The notes beneath the pieces are model-generated. The model was not told the origin of the DNA, made no database searches, and saw nothing but the letters and a program-made list of their open reading frames with translations. Position numbers and translations under genes: made by a program. A stretch of DNA of 64,000 bases from Myxococcales bacterium (GTDB lineage: Bacteria; Myxococcota_A; Polyangia; Polyangiales; DASUME01): NCBI GenBank assembly GCA_047601445.1, contig JASGJH010000001.1, positions 3,296,001 through 3,360,000 of the forward strand. Reading direction: 5' to 3'. Shown here in pieces: positions 47,798-58,600 of this stretch (positions are counted from its first letter, which is position 1; each line of letters opens with the position of its first letter).

Positions 47798-48831
47798 CGG
47801 TCCTTGGCCACGTAGTCCGAGCTCACCGACACCTCCGGGCGCGCCTTGAGCCGCGTCTTGGAGCCGAAACCACGTGCGGACTCCTTGTACTCGTTGGCGT
47901 TGGAGGCGCTGGTATCGCGCTTCTGCACGCTGCGCTCGGACTCGACCTCGCCCACGAAGCGGTTCACGTCGCTGGCCTTGGCCGCCACGGCCGAGGCGGC
48001 GGGCTGGCTCGAGCGCTCGCCCCGCTGTGTGAGAGCGTCGAGCGCAGCCGCCTCGACCAGGCTCTTCTGGAATAGGCCGAACACCTTGGAGCTGGCGAAC
48101 CAGCGCACGCTGCGCACGGAGCCGTCGAGCGCGTAGGCGAGCCCGACGAGGGCCTTTTCCTTGGGCGCACTCGCGAGCGCTCCCTCGATGCCGCGCGCGA
48201 GCTTCTGCTTACTCGCATCCACGTCGCCTGCGTCGACCGTGGCCATGAGGGTGCCTGACGGCGCGCTCTTTTGATGCGCCCCGTTCAACTTGCTCACCTT
48301 GTTCCAGACCTCGCTCTGGTTCTGTTGGTACTGCGCGGCGCGCCGCACATCGCTGGTGGCGATCGCCTTGGTGGCGACGAACTTGCCGCCCGTGGTCGCG
48401 CCTTCGCGCTTGCTCTCCCAACGCCCCTGCTCGACGCAAAACGCATCTACCGCCACGCTCTTGTTCGGCTCGATCACGAAGTCTTGCCCGATCTGTCGGT
48501 CTTGCTTGCCTCCCTTGACCAGGGTGCCAGCCAATACGTAGATCGCGCGCTTTCCGCGGTTCTTCACTACCAGCTTATTGACCTCGCCGCCGTTCACTTC
48601 GCGCACCTCGGCCGCGCCGCGTGCGAGGGCTTCGTCCAGGGTGGTGATCTCGCCGAGATCCGTTTCTTGGCTCGCGAATAGCGGAAAGACCGTGAGGTTC
48701 TCCACACTGGTGCCCGCGCCCACCGCGATGCCCTGGGCAACCAAAGGGTCGCTCTGTTGAGCCGAAGCTCCGAAGGCGCTCAGCCAGAGCGCGCAAGTCA
48801 CCCACCACACCAAGCTCAGCTTATGCGACAT
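47794..48831 (-). CDS. ARPP-1 (DUF6569)-like protein with signal peptide
   Basis: ENLTVFPL, TLDEAL, VNKLVVKN, GGKQDR, FCVEQGRW, QSEVW. Confidence 0.7.
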   Translation of the reverse strand: MSHKLSLVWWVTCALWLSAFGASAQQSDPLVAQGIAVGAGTSVENLTVFPLFASQETDLGEITTLDEALARGAAEVREVNGGEVNKLVVKNRGKRAIYVLAGTLVKGGKQDRQIGQDFVIEPNKSVAVDAFCVEQGRWESKREGATTGGKFVATKAIATSDVRRAAQYQQNQSEVWNKVSKLNGAHQKSAPSGTLMATVDAGDVDASKQKLARGIEGALASAPKEKALVGLAYALDGSVRSVRWFASSKVFGLFQKSLVEAAALDALTQRGERSSQPAASAVAAKASDVNRFVGEVESERSVQKRDTSASNANEYKESARGFGSKTRLKARPEVSVSSDYVAKDR

Positions 48832-48964
48832 ACGAACCTCCCAAAGACGCCGCCCGGCCCCCGAATGCCCTCGGGTCTGCCCGTGAACCCCACCGACGCA
48901 CGGACCGCGCGAAGGATCTATCGAGGCGAACTCCAGCCGATCGAAAGCCAGGGGCGGTCGAAGC

Positions 48965-49681
48965 TCACTCCAGGTACACCGACCACACGGGCAGCTTGGA
49001 GCGCTCGACGATCAGGCTCGGCAAATCCGCCCAGGCGCGGGCATGTTCCAGCACCCAGGCGTCGGAGGAAGCGACCACCTCGGCCCGCTGCACCAACTCC
49101 TGGTCCACGCGTTCACTGAGCTCGCACGTGAGCTCGAGGCCGGCCTGCGCCGCGCTCGCCTCGCACAGACCGCGCAGCCGCCCGCTATTGGCCACCGGCT
49201 TGTCGAACAGCACCAACACGTTGCCGACGCCCCATCCCAGTAGCGCATCCACCAAGAGCGCCAAGGCTGGCTCGGTCTCGCTGACGCGCCGATAGGTGCC
49301 GTGCACGCTGGCCAGATCCCGCCGCGCGCCGTCGCGACCCACGAAGGTCGGCCCGCCCGAGAGGATGACCTCGAGCGTGATCGAGCAATTGAATCCATCG
49401 ATGCCGAGCTGGGCTCCCCGCAGACTAACCGCGTCCACCTGTCGGTCCCGCCGGGCCCGCACAGCGCCTTCGCTGCATGCCGCGCGCAACACGGCCTCGC
49501 GTTGACGCGTGGTGAGCTGATGCTTGTCTCCCACCAGCTTGAGCGCGGCGCGCTCACTATAGGCTCTGCCCAGAAGCCAGCTCAGCTCTTCGGTCGCGTC
49601 ACGCAAGCTCGCATGGTGCTCGCTCGCGAAATCGCGCGCGTCATCCGGATGGGCACCGCGGTGCTGGCGTCTATCGGGCAC
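48965..49681 (-). CDS. DUF434-family protein with PIN/NYN-like domain
   Basis: HRGAHPDD, WLLGRAY...VGDKHQL..RQR, IDGFN, RDLASVHGTY, SSD. Confidence 0.75.
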   Translation of the reverse strand: MPDRRQHRGAHPDDARDFASEHHASLRDATEELSWLLGRAYSERAALKLVGDKHQLTTRQREAVLRAACSEGAVRARRDRQVDAVSLRGAQLGIDGFNCSITLEVILSGGPTFVGRDGARRDLASVHGTYRRVSETEPALALLVDALLGWGVGNVLVLFDKPVANSGRLRGLCEASAAQAGLELTCELSERVDQELVQRAEVVASSDAWVLEHARAWADLPSLIVERSKLPVWSVYLE

Positions 49682-49726
49682 GCTGCCTGGTGGCCACGCT
49701 GTGGCCTCGCGAGGATTCGAGTGATG

Positions 49727-50500
<774 letters not shown>

Positions 50501-50659
50501 GGCGCTGGTAGTAGCCCGCGTCAGCCTGCTCGGCCACTCGGGCCGAGGGACGCACGCCGCGGGCCCTCGAGCGGGCCCGTTTGAGCGGCGGTCATCGAAG
50601 CGAGCCCTCTCGGGCGCGCGAACTGAAAAGAAGCGAGTCCTCGGCCGCGCGAGCGAAGA

Positions 50660-51367
50660 TCAGCGTGGACGCAGCGAAAGCGAGGCTTCGAGTAGGTCGC
50701 CGAAGTTCTTCGGTGCTTCGATGCGCGGCGAAGAGACCACCTTCATGACGGGCTCGGCGCGCGAGAGCAGTGGTGCTTCCACGCGCGCGCTCGGCGCGGT
50801 GAGTGGAGCCTCGACTGCAGCGGCGGTTTCGAACATGGGCTCGGGCGTGCCGACCAGGGTCTCGACCGACGGCTCGCGCTCGAGTGCCTTGACTGCGGGA
50901 GCAGGCGGCGGCTCCTTCGCACTCGGTGGCACGGGCGCCACCGAAATCGGCGCGGGCACCGGCGCCACCGAGGCCGGCGACGTCACGGGCGGAGCAGACG
51001 GCGTAGGCAACAGATCGTCAGCGGTCGGCGCCTTGGAGCGCGCGGTCGCGCCCGCGGAAGCAGGTGGCGCCACAGGAGCGGCTTGCACCACGGCCGGAGC
51101 TGCCTCGAACGCAGCCGGCCCGACATCGTCGAGGGTGAGCGGTGCGACCGGTGCGGGCGGCTCGGGCAAGCTGACCGTGACCTGGCGTAGGTCCTGGATG
51201 GTCTTCGCGACCGCTGCCTCGCTGTTAACCGGCACCACACTGACAGCCGCTGGCGCCGCGCTGCTAACGGCGACAGGCGTACTCAGCGGACGCAGACGCG
51301 GTGCGGCCTTGCGCTCCTGCACGCGGGCCAACAACGACTTGAGCTGTTCGATACGCGCGGCACTCAT
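50660..51367 (-). CDS. Pro/Ala-rich low-complexity protein with terminal helices
   Basis: ATGA overlap with the upstream gene; N-helix RIEQLKSLLARVQER, C-helix FGDLLEASLSL. Confidence 0.65.
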   Translation of the reverse strand: MSAARIEQLKSLLARVQERKAAPRLRPLSTPVAVSSAAPAAVSVVPVNSEAAVAKTIQDLRQVTVSLPEPPAPVAPLTLDDVGPAAFEAAPAVVQAAPVAPPASAGATARSKAPTADDLLPTPSAPPVTSPASVAPVPAPISVAPVPPSAKEPPPAPAVKALEREPSVETLVGTPEPMFETAAAVEAPLTAPSARVEAPLLSRAEPVMKVVSSPRIEAPKNFGDLLEASLSLRPR

Positions 51368-51918
51368 GCGTTGCCCTCCGGCGCGAGACGCGAAATCACT
51401 TCGGCCACGGACTTGCCTTCCTTGGTCCAGGTCCACACGGTTTCAGCGATGGTCGGGTGCACGATGACGAAGCGCCCCTGCTCGTGCGCGGGCACGCAGG
51501 CGACATCGCGACCGCCCAGGCTGGTGAGCATGCCGCCCAGCAGCGCGGCCAATCCGAGGCGCTCGGCGTCCAGCTGCGGTGCGCCTTCGAGGTGCAGCAC
51601 CAGGGCCTTGCCCCAGCGTTCCAGCGAGAGCGTGCCCCAGCCGAGCAAGGCCAGCGTGCCGCTCGCGTGGGCCACCACGGCCTCCGGCGTGGCCGCGCGG
51701 ACCTCGTCGCCGAGCGAACGTGCCGCGTCGTCGCCGATGCGCTTGCCGAGCATGCGGATGGAGGTGAGATCCCCGTGGCGTGCCGCCGTGGTCACCAGCG
51801 GACCGAGCGTGTCTGCGGACAGCATGAGCACGCGTTCACCGTGCCGGGTATGCACTGCTCCGCGCGCCAAATCGAATGCGTAAAACGCCCCTGGGTCGAA
51901 GCCCCGCGATTCAGTCAT
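51364..51918 (-). CDS. V4R/4VR-like domain protein
   Basis: FDLARG...GERVLML, LGKRIG, LLGWGTL, LLGGMLTSLGGRDVACV. Confidence 0.55.
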   Translation of the reverse strand: MTESRGFDPGAFYAFDLARGAVHTRHGERVLMLSADTLGPLVTTAARHGDLTSIRMLGKRIGDDAARSLGDEVRAATPEAVVAHASGTLALLGWGTLSLERWGKALVLHLEGAPQLDAERLGLAALLGGMLTSLGGRDVACVPAHEQGRFVIVHPTIAETVWTWTKEGKSVAEVISRLAPEGNA

Positions 51919-52066
51919 TGCTTCGATGTAGAAGCCAACTGCTGAAAATGTCAAATCTTGCGGGAGAGGATCGCACAACTTGAAGCGGCGAGAACTACAC
52001 ACGCGCACAGGCCCCCTCGGTGTGGCTCGCGTGAAGCCTTTCACGCATCCCACACGTCAGGTCTCC

Positions 52067-53482
52067 ATGCGAATGCGAAACGATTTGCTCGCGGGCGGCC
52101 TGGCCCGCTTCGACCGCCTGCTCGGCCGACTGCTCCTGCTGGCCTGTGCCTGGCTACCTCGGCCGGTCGAGGCGCAAAGTTTGATCAAGGGAGTCGACGA
52201 GTGGGCCGAAGCCACCACCAAGAGCGCCGCCCCCAAGTGGGCGGGGCCGCGCGTCGTGTTTCCCACCCCCCAGCCCAGGCCTGCCTCCATCGGAAGGCTC
52301 ACCTCGCTCCTGTGGCCGCTCGACGTGCACCTCGCCGCGGGGGTCCCGCTGGCGCGCGGTCAGGCGGTCCTGGAGGCCGGTGAAGAGGCCCTGGCGATCC
52401 TCGCGACCACCGGCTGGCTGGGGAACTTCGGTGACGGCGGCATGGGTGGTACGGGAGGCTACGACCTCTACGTCACGCCCCAGGCCAGTCACGGCGCCGA
52501 CGCCTTCCTCGACGCCACCGAGCCCATGTGGGGCCTCGACGGCGCGCGCGCCTTCGGCGTGGTGGACGCCCGCGTGCCGAGCGACCGCATCGCAGCTTGC
52601 ACCACCCAAACCCTGGCCGAGACCCTCCTCTACCAGCTCGACCCCGCCGAGTCGGCGAGCGCGCGCCAGAGCACCGGCGCGTACCTGAGCTGGCTGGTCA
52701 CGGGCGACCTCGGCTGCGACGACGAGGAGAACGGGCGGCGGGCCGACCCTCGACTCGCGGCGCTCGGCCCGGACGCCGGGGGCCGTGGCGCCGAATGGTT
52801 GGTGCAGCTCGGTCATCGTCAGGATCAGAACCGCGGCCACTTCATGCGAGACATGTGGCAGTTCGCGCGGCAGCGCACCTGGGAGGGCACCGGCCTGCGC
52901 GCGAGCCCCGACTTGTTCGAGGTGATCGCCGCGGCGCTGGGTAACGAGGACGAGCAACTCGAGAACGTGGCGAGCGAGTTGGCCGATCAGCAAGCGCTGA
53001 CGTGGCTGGACGATCCTCCACCGCAGCCCGCACTCAACAAAAAGGGCATTCGCAAGGTCGCTCCCCCACCATGGACGGCACTCAAATGGAGCACGCTGCC
53101 AGCCCGCCTGCCCTGGGTAGATGGAGTGCAACCGCTGGGTGGCCAGTACGCGTTGATCGACATCGACCAGCCGCTGGCCGGCGGGGAACGCCTACGCGTA
53201 TGGTCCCACGGTGAGTTCGGGACACGCTGGGCGCTCTCGCTATTGGCCCTCGATGGCGAGCGCCAGGTGATTGGCCGCATCACCGCCCCGCCGCGCAAGA
53301 ACCCGAACAGCTTCGCCACGCTCGAGCTGATGCCCAACACCCGCCAGGTCCTGATCGCCGTGACCAATGTGGCCGACGGCATCCCCGATGCCGACGACGG
53401 CGCTCCGTTCGAGCAGTTCGGTGTGGCCCTGACCATCGACCGCGGTGGCGACGGTGCGATGTCCGACGCGCTGCTGCCCTAG
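52067..53482 (+). CDS. Secreted hypothetical protein
   Basis: Long ORF with GC3 bias, signal peptide ending VEA-Q; GDGGMGGTGGYDLYV. Confidence 0.7.
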   Translation: MRMRNDLLAGGLARFDRLLGRLLLLACAWLPRPVEAQSLIKGVDEWAEATTKSAAPKWAGPRVVFPTPQPRPASIGRLTSLLWPLDVHLAAGVPLARGQAVLEAGEEALAILATTGWLGNFGDGGMGGTGGYDLYVTPQASHGADAFLDATEPMWGLDGARAFGVVDARVPSDRIAACTTQTLAETLLYQLDPAESASARQSTGAYLSWLVTGDLGCDDEENGRRADPRLAALGPDAGGRGAEWLVQLGHRQDQNRGHFMRDMWQFARQRTWEGTGLRASPDLFEVIAAALGNEDEQLENVASELADQQALTWLDDPPPQPALNKKGIRKVAPPPWTALKWSTLPARLPWVDGVQPLGGQYALIDIDQPLAGGERLRVWSHGEFGTRWALSLLALDGERQVIGRITAPPRKNPNSFATLELMPNTRQVLIAVTNVADGIPDADDGAPFEQFGVALTIDRGGDGAMSDALLP

Positions 53483-53559
53483 CGGAGCAAGCGACGAGTC
53501 CGCCGCACTGGCGAGCGCGCTCCCTCTTCTCCGCTCGCGCCAAAGGGCGCGCCTCGACT

Positions 53560-54189
53560 CTAACGACCTGCTGCAGGCCAGCTGCGTCGATCGCCGATCA
53601 CCCGCGCCGGCACGCCACCGACCACGGCCCAGTCGGGCACATCCCGTGTCACCACGGCACCTGCACCCACCACGGCGTGATCTCCGATGCGCACCCCATC
53701 GGTCACCGTGGCCTGCGTGCCGATCCAGACGTCTGCGCCCACCACGATGCCCTTGGAGCTCACGGGCTGCTCTCGGATCGCGCGCGCTGCGTCGAGACCG
53801 TGGTCGAAGGCAAACAGGGAGGCGCGTGCCGCGATGCGCGTGCCATCACCGATCTCGATCCCGCGCCGACCGCCATCCAGGGTGGCGTAGGGATTCACGC
53901 TAACATGGGCGCCGAGCTTGACCGGGCCGTGCACGAAGGCATGGGCAGCCACGCTCGCGGAGGCGCCGACCACCACGGCCCGCCGCGGTTCGGCGAACAG
54001 CGCAGCCTCCTCCGCGACGAAGCAGGTGGGGTGAAGCTCGAGCGCCTCGAGTGTGAGCAGGTTCGCATGGACCTCACGCTGCCAGGCTTCGGCCCACGCG
54101 CGCACCTCGGCCGAGGCTTCGAAGTAGAGCCACGGCATGAAGGCCATGCGGCGCTTTTGCTGGGCGCGTAGCTGGGCTTGACGGTCCAT
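53560..54189 (-). CDS. Hexapeptide-repeat acyltransferase
   Basis: [37 protein letters not shown]. Confidence 0.9.
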   Translation of the reverse strand: MDRQAQLRAQQKRRMAFMPWLYFEASAEVRAWAEAWQREVHANLLTLEALELHPTCFVAEEAALFAEPRRAVVVGASASVAAHAFVHGPVKLGAHVSVNPYATLDGGRRGIEIGDGTRIAARASLFAFDHGLDAARAIREQPVSSKGIVVGADVWIGTQATVTDGVRIGDHAVVGAGAVVTRDVPDWAVVGGVPARVIGDRRSWPAAGR

Positions 54190-54293
54190 CCCGGGGGCGT
54201 AGCACCCACCCCGCCTTTTGCCCTCACATCACCGGGGACGTGTCTCTTGGCCAGGGTGACCGCTTGACCACGGTCCAAGCAAAAGGAGCGTCG

Positions 54294-55193
54294 ATGTCTG
54301 GAGGACGAGCGGCCGCAATCGTATACCTTTCGATTCTCATGCTGTTTGCGTGCAGCACTCCTGCCAGGCCCATCTACCCTGAACGACGAGCTGGCCGTGG
54401 CGACAGCTGCCTGACGTTGAACGAGTGCCAGGAGCCCCTGCTCTGCATCGCGGGTCGCTGCCTCGACGTGGATCTCGAGCTCGAAACGACGGGCAGGCAA
54501 TGTGCGGCAGTGGAGTGCCTCGAGACGCGCGACTGCTGCCCGCCTCCGCCGCTACCCACGATGCAACACTGCGAGGCCCAGGCGGCCCTGTGTACCGACG
54601 GAAACCCGCTCTGCCTGCAGGCCGCCCGCCAACCCTGCGAGTGCTCACGCGAATGCCAGGACTACTGGTGCGCCGACACCGAGCCTCCGTTCGGCGTGGT
54701 GCAATGCACGGAGGATTGGCAGTGCGGTGGCGCGGTCACCTGTGTGAACGGAGTCTGCACCGAATGCTCTGCCGACCCGGACTGTGGCCCCGGCTACACG
54801 TGCACGCGCAACCGCTGCGTTTCCGGATGCACACGGGACGAAGAGTGCGGCGCGCTGGCTCGCTGTGACTCGGCGCGCTGTGTGTACCGGCCCTGTGTCA
54901 GCAACCTCGAATGCGTCAACGTGTTGGGGGTGCGCGACGCCGAGTGCCGCGAGGGCACGTGCGGAGTTCCGTGCGAAGACGACGGTGCGTGCGTTGCGTT
55001 GGGCCCAGCGAGTCAGTGCGTCGCCAGACTGTGTCAGTCCACGGGCTGCCAGCAGAACGCGGATTGCGCAGGCCGCCCACCCGCGGGCGTTGGGTTATTG
55101 TCGGTGTGCCTCGACACCGCCGAAGCCTTGCGCGCGATGGAACACTACGCACCCGGCGGATCGAACGGGTGGACGCAGGGAGCCGTGCCGTGA
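54294..55193 (+). CDS. Cys-rich repeat lipoprotein
   Basis: Lipobox LFAC; repeated C-x4-C-x5-C-x4-C units; AAGGAG RBS. Confidence 0.8.
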   Translation: MSGGRAAAIVYLSILMLFACSTPARPIYPERRAGRGDSCLTLNECQEPLLCIAGRCLDVDLELETTGRQCAAVECLETRDCCPPPPLPTMQHCEAQAALCTDGNPLCLQAARQPCECSRECQDYWCADTEPPFGVVQCTEDWQCGGAVTCVNGVCTECSADPDCGPGYTCTRNRCVSGCTRDEECGALARCDSARCVYRPCVSNLECVNVLGVRDAECREGTCGVPCEDDGACVALGPASQCVARLCQSTGCQQNADCAGRPPAGVGLLSVCLDTAEALRAMEHYAPGGSNGWTQGAVP

Positions 55194-56263
55194 AGTTCTG
55201 CCTTTTCTCGCTCCAGAAGACACGCTTCGACTCGAAGGCGAGCGTCGCCATCGGCTTGTTCTTGGCGGCGACGTACACCGCACGGGTCGAAGCCCAGTCG
55301 CATGAATCGCACAATTCCGAGGCGATTCCAGGCTTGCCCGCGGCTGCCTCCTTGTCCGAACCTGCACGCCCGCCCCCATCCCCCTCCGCTGACTACGAAG
55401 CCGCCCTCTCCGAAGCGTTGGAAGCGCACGCGCGCGGTGACTACGGCCAGGCCCGTATTTTCATGGAGCGGGCGCACGATCTCGAGCCGAGCGCCCGCAC
55501 GCTGCGCGGCCTCGGCATCGTGGCGTTTGCCCAGGGGCGACACCTGGACGCCATTCGGTACCTGGAGGCCGCACTCGCCTCACCCGACAAACCGCTCACT
55601 GCGGAACTGCGAATCAGCGTCGAGGAGTTGCTCGCCCACGCCTGGGGCCAGGTCGGGCGCCTGGAGATTCTGGTGGAACCCGAAGGCCGATTCCTCGTGG
55701 ACGGTCTGGCTCCGGATTTTTATGGACCCAACACCGTCGTGCTCCCCCCAAGCACGCACCTCATCACCGCCCAGGCCCACAAGCGCGCCGATTTCGTGCT
55801 CCCTCTCGAGATCAAAGCAGGAGAGCGGCGAACCATTCAGATCGTGCTCGCGCGTCCCACTCCACCCGTGGTGATCGAACGAGTGACCGACGCCCCTCGT
55901 CCATCCGGGCGCGAGTTCTGGACCAAGCGCAAGCGACGTGTCGCGTGGCTCTCGGGGGCCGCGTTCGTCGGTGCCGGCGCGGCAGTCTATGGGGCGGCCT
56001 ACGCCCGGCTCAACCATGTGGTCCAGCGCTGCGAAGACATGGCGGACGGTGAGTGCACGTCGAAGCGCGCGCGTCAGCTCTATGATTCGGAGCACATCGC
56101 GCAGCTGGGCATCACTGCGGCAATGCTCGGCGGCGTAGGCCTACTTACCTGGCTGTCGGCCGCGGCACTGGAAATTTGGGGCGGAGCCAAGTCCGATGCC
56201 ACACCGCCGCGCGCCAAGCTGATGGTGGGACCGAGCTCGGTGTCCCTACGCAGCAGCTTTTGA
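55190..56263 (+). CDS. TPR + PEGA-like protein with C-terminal hydrophobic segments
   Basis: RGDYGQARIFMERAHDLEPSARTLRGLG, GRLEILVEPEGRFLVDG, terminal LMVGPSSVSLRSSF. GTGA overlap. Confidence 0.75.
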   Translation: MKFCLFSLQKTRFDSKASVAIGLFLAATYTARVEAQSHESHNSEAIPGLPAAASLSEPARPPPSPSADYEAALSEALEAHARGDYGQARIFMERAHDLEPSARTLRGLGIVAFAQGRHLDAIRYLEAALASPDKPLTAELRISVEELLAHAWGQVGRLEILVEPEGRFLVDGLAPDFYGPNTVVLPPSTHLITAQAHKRADFVLPLEIKAGERRTIQIVLARPTPPVVIERVTDAPRPSGREFWTKRKRRVAWLSGAAFVGAGAAVYGAAYARLNHVVQRCEDMADGECTSKRARQLYDSEHIAQLGITAAMLGGVGLLTWLSAAALEIWGGAKSDATPPRAKLMVGPSSVSLRSSF

Positions 56264-56285
56264 TGCCGCCCTCGGCGCCGCCTCC

Positions 56286-56903
56286 TTAGGTGTCGCTGTC
56301 GGTTAGGCCCGCCTCGCGCACCCACTGAGTCAGCCGCTCCTTGAGCACCTGAAAGCGCTTGCGATACCGAGCGGCGGCCTTCTTGGGCTCGTCTGTGTCC
56401 CCGAAGACCTCGGCGATTTCCAGCCACTCGAGTCCCCTGTCGACGCGCAGCGTGAGCAAAGCTTGTTCGTCCGGATCCAGGCGGTCGCGCAACTCGGCGA
56501 GCTTTTGCTTGCTGTCGGTCGCCAGGTAGGTGGCGGTTTTGCTGCGCACCTCGGCGACCAAATTCGTCATCAGCTCTGCGTCCGAGATTGGCACCCCTGC
56601 GCGCTGCTTTTTCAGGTCCCGTGCCAAGAAGCGGTGCTTGGCGTTTCGAGCCAGCGCATACGCATAGGCCCGCATCGAGGAGCGCAGGCTCAGGTCCGCC
56701 GACACCGCTCGCCACAAGTCCTCGGCGAACATGGAGAAGACCTCCTCGGCGTGCTGGTCGCTGCGCAGCTGGGCGATCAGAAAGCCCAGGATTTCCGGGC
56801 CGTAACTGCGAAGGGTGAGGACGGCGGCCTGCCGGGCATCCTGCGCTGCCAGGGCGGCGGCGATGCCGCGTTCGACCTGTGATAATTCTTCGCTCAAAGG
56901 CAT
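56286..56903 (-). CDS. ECF sigma factor
   Basis: Region 2 (YGPEILGFL, AEEVFS, SSMRAYAYALARN) and region 4 (LDPDEQALLTLRVDRGLEWLEIAEVFG). Confidence 0.85.
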   Translation of the reverse strand: MPLSEELSQVERGIAAALAAQDARQAAVLTLRSYGPEILGFLIAQLRSDQHAEEVFSMFAEDLWRAVSADLSLRSSMRAYAYALARNAKHRFLARDLKKQRAGVPISDAELMTNLVAEVRSKTATYLATDSKQKLAELRDRLDPDEQALLTLRVDRGLEWLEIAEVFGDTDEPKKAAARYRKRFQVLKERLTQWVREAGLTDSDT

Positions 56904-56988
56904 ACTCTCCGCATCAGGGTCCTGGAGTCTAACAAGAGCATTCCCTTGCGGGATGCCCAGGACACGGCAAGAAGAGTTGCTGCGACGT

Positions 56989-58566
56989 ATGCGCGACCAG
57001 GATTCCGAGAGCCCCCCGCTCGATTCTGCCGACGAACACACGCCGGAGTTGGACGGCGTGCTTCAGGCGCTGGCCGCCGCACCCCGACCGCGCGTGAGCC
57101 AGCACGCCCTCGTGCAGCTCCCGCCCGAGCTTGCCGACACCTTCCACCACGACGCGGATCACGAACCAGCTCGCCCCCCGCGGGTCGGCGAGCTGGTCGA
57201 GGGGCGCTATCGCATCGACGGGGTGCTGGGCTCGGGTGGCATGGGCGTGGTGTTCTCGGCCTCCCATTTGGCCACGGGGCGCCGCGTGGCGCTCAAGTGG
57301 CTTCAGCTGGGTCAACGCTATCGCACGCAAGGCGAACACGAAGCCGCCCTGCAGCGCTTCGTGCGAGAAGCGCGCGCGGCCGGGAGAATCCAACACCCGA
57401 ATGTCGTCGATGTGCACGACGCAGGCACCTCACCCGAGGCTCCGTTCCTGGTGATGGAGCTGCTGGAAGGCGAGACCTTGCGTGCGTGCATCGCGCGCGG
57501 TCCGCTTTCGTGGAGCGACGCGCTGGCGCTGCTGCTGCCCGCGATGGAAGGCGTGAGCGAGGCCCATCGACGCGGCGTGGTGCACCGTGACCTCAAGCCC
57601 GACAACGTGTTCCTCGCCAAGCAGGCAGATGGAGCGCTCTGTCCCAAGGTGCTCGACTTTGGCATCTCGCGCTTGCACGGGGTGGACGCCAGCGAGCAAG
57701 CCCCTTCCCTGACACGCACCGGCGCCGTGGTCGGAACCCCCGCATACATGCCGCTGGAACAGCTGCGAGCCGAAGGCGAGATCGACGCGCGCACGGACGT
57801 GTACGCCCTGGGTGTCGTGCTCTACGAGATGTTGAGCCAGAAGCGCCCCTTCGTGGCGCGCAATGCCGCCGACTATGCGGCGATGATGGCGAGCAAGGGC
57901 CCGACTCCATTGAGTCGCCACCGCCCCGATCTACGCGGAGCGAGCGAGCGCGTCGTGATGAAAGCCCTCGAGCGAAATCCAGGCGATCGTCATGAGTCCG
58001 TGGCGGCTTTCGCGCTGGCCCTGCGCGAGGCCGGCAAGCGCGGTGTCGGTCGGCGCGCGCTGTACCTCGTGCTCGCTGCGGCCGTGTTGACGGGCTCGCT
58101 CTGGGCGCTGCGCTCGCCCGCGCCGACACACCCAGGTGCAACCTCGCTCACGCAGACAGCACGGCCCGTACCGCCTGCAGTGCGTGCGCCGACCGCATTC
58201 TTCGCATCTCCCGCGGCGAGCCATGAGACGTCTTCCGTTGTGGTAGCCGCCGCACCTGCGATGGATGCCTCGCCGCCCCCATTGGCTTCTACGCGCCAAG
58301 GCCCCTCACTGAACGACCCGGCGAGGCGGCCCAAGTCCGCCCCTGTGAACTCGCTCGCCCCGATCCCTCAGGCCGCGAGCACCACGAGTGCGCCCCAGCC
58401 GCAAGGCCGCCCCAGCGCGCGCGCCTTGGCCGCGCCGAACACGTCACCCCCTGCCCGCCTCGAACTCACCGACTTCACTTCAGGTTCCCCCTCTGCAAGC
58501 AGCATCCGCGCGCCCGCCGCGCCGCGCCCCCAGCCGACACTCGATCTCGGGCGCGACCAGTTCTGA
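56989..58566 (+). CDS. Membrane Hanks-type Ser/Thr kinase
   Basis: LGSGGMGVV, VALK, HRDLKPDN, DFG, GTPAYMPLE; TM; Pro/Ala/Ser-rich extracytoplasmic tail. Confidence 0.93.
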   Translation: MRDQDSESPPLDSADEHTPELDGVLQALAAAPRPRVSQHALVQLPPELADTFHHDADHEPARPPRVGELVEGRYRIDGVLGSGGMGVVFSASHLATGRRVALKWLQLGQRYRTQGEHEAALQRFVREARAAGRIQHPNVVDVHDAGTSPEAPFLVMELLEGETLRACIARGPLSWSDALALLLPAMEGVSEAHRRGVVHRDLKPDNVFLAKQADGALCPKVLDFGISRLHGVDASEQAPSLTRTGAVVGTPAYMPLEQLRAEGEIDARTDVYALGVVLYEMLSQKRPFVARNAADYAAMMASKGPTPLSRHRPDLRGASERVVMKALERNPGDRHESVAAFALALREAGKRGVGRRALYLVLAAAVLTGSLWALRSPAPTHPGATSLTQTARPVPPAVRAPTAFFASPAASHETSSVVVAAAPAMDASPPPLASTRQGPSLNDPARRPKSAPVNSLAPIPQAASTTSAPQPQGRPSARALAAPNTSPPARLELTDFTSGSPSASSIRAPAAPRPQPTLDLGRDQF

Positions 58567-58600
58567 CCTCACACGCCTGGCCTCCCGTCTCCTCAGAGTC

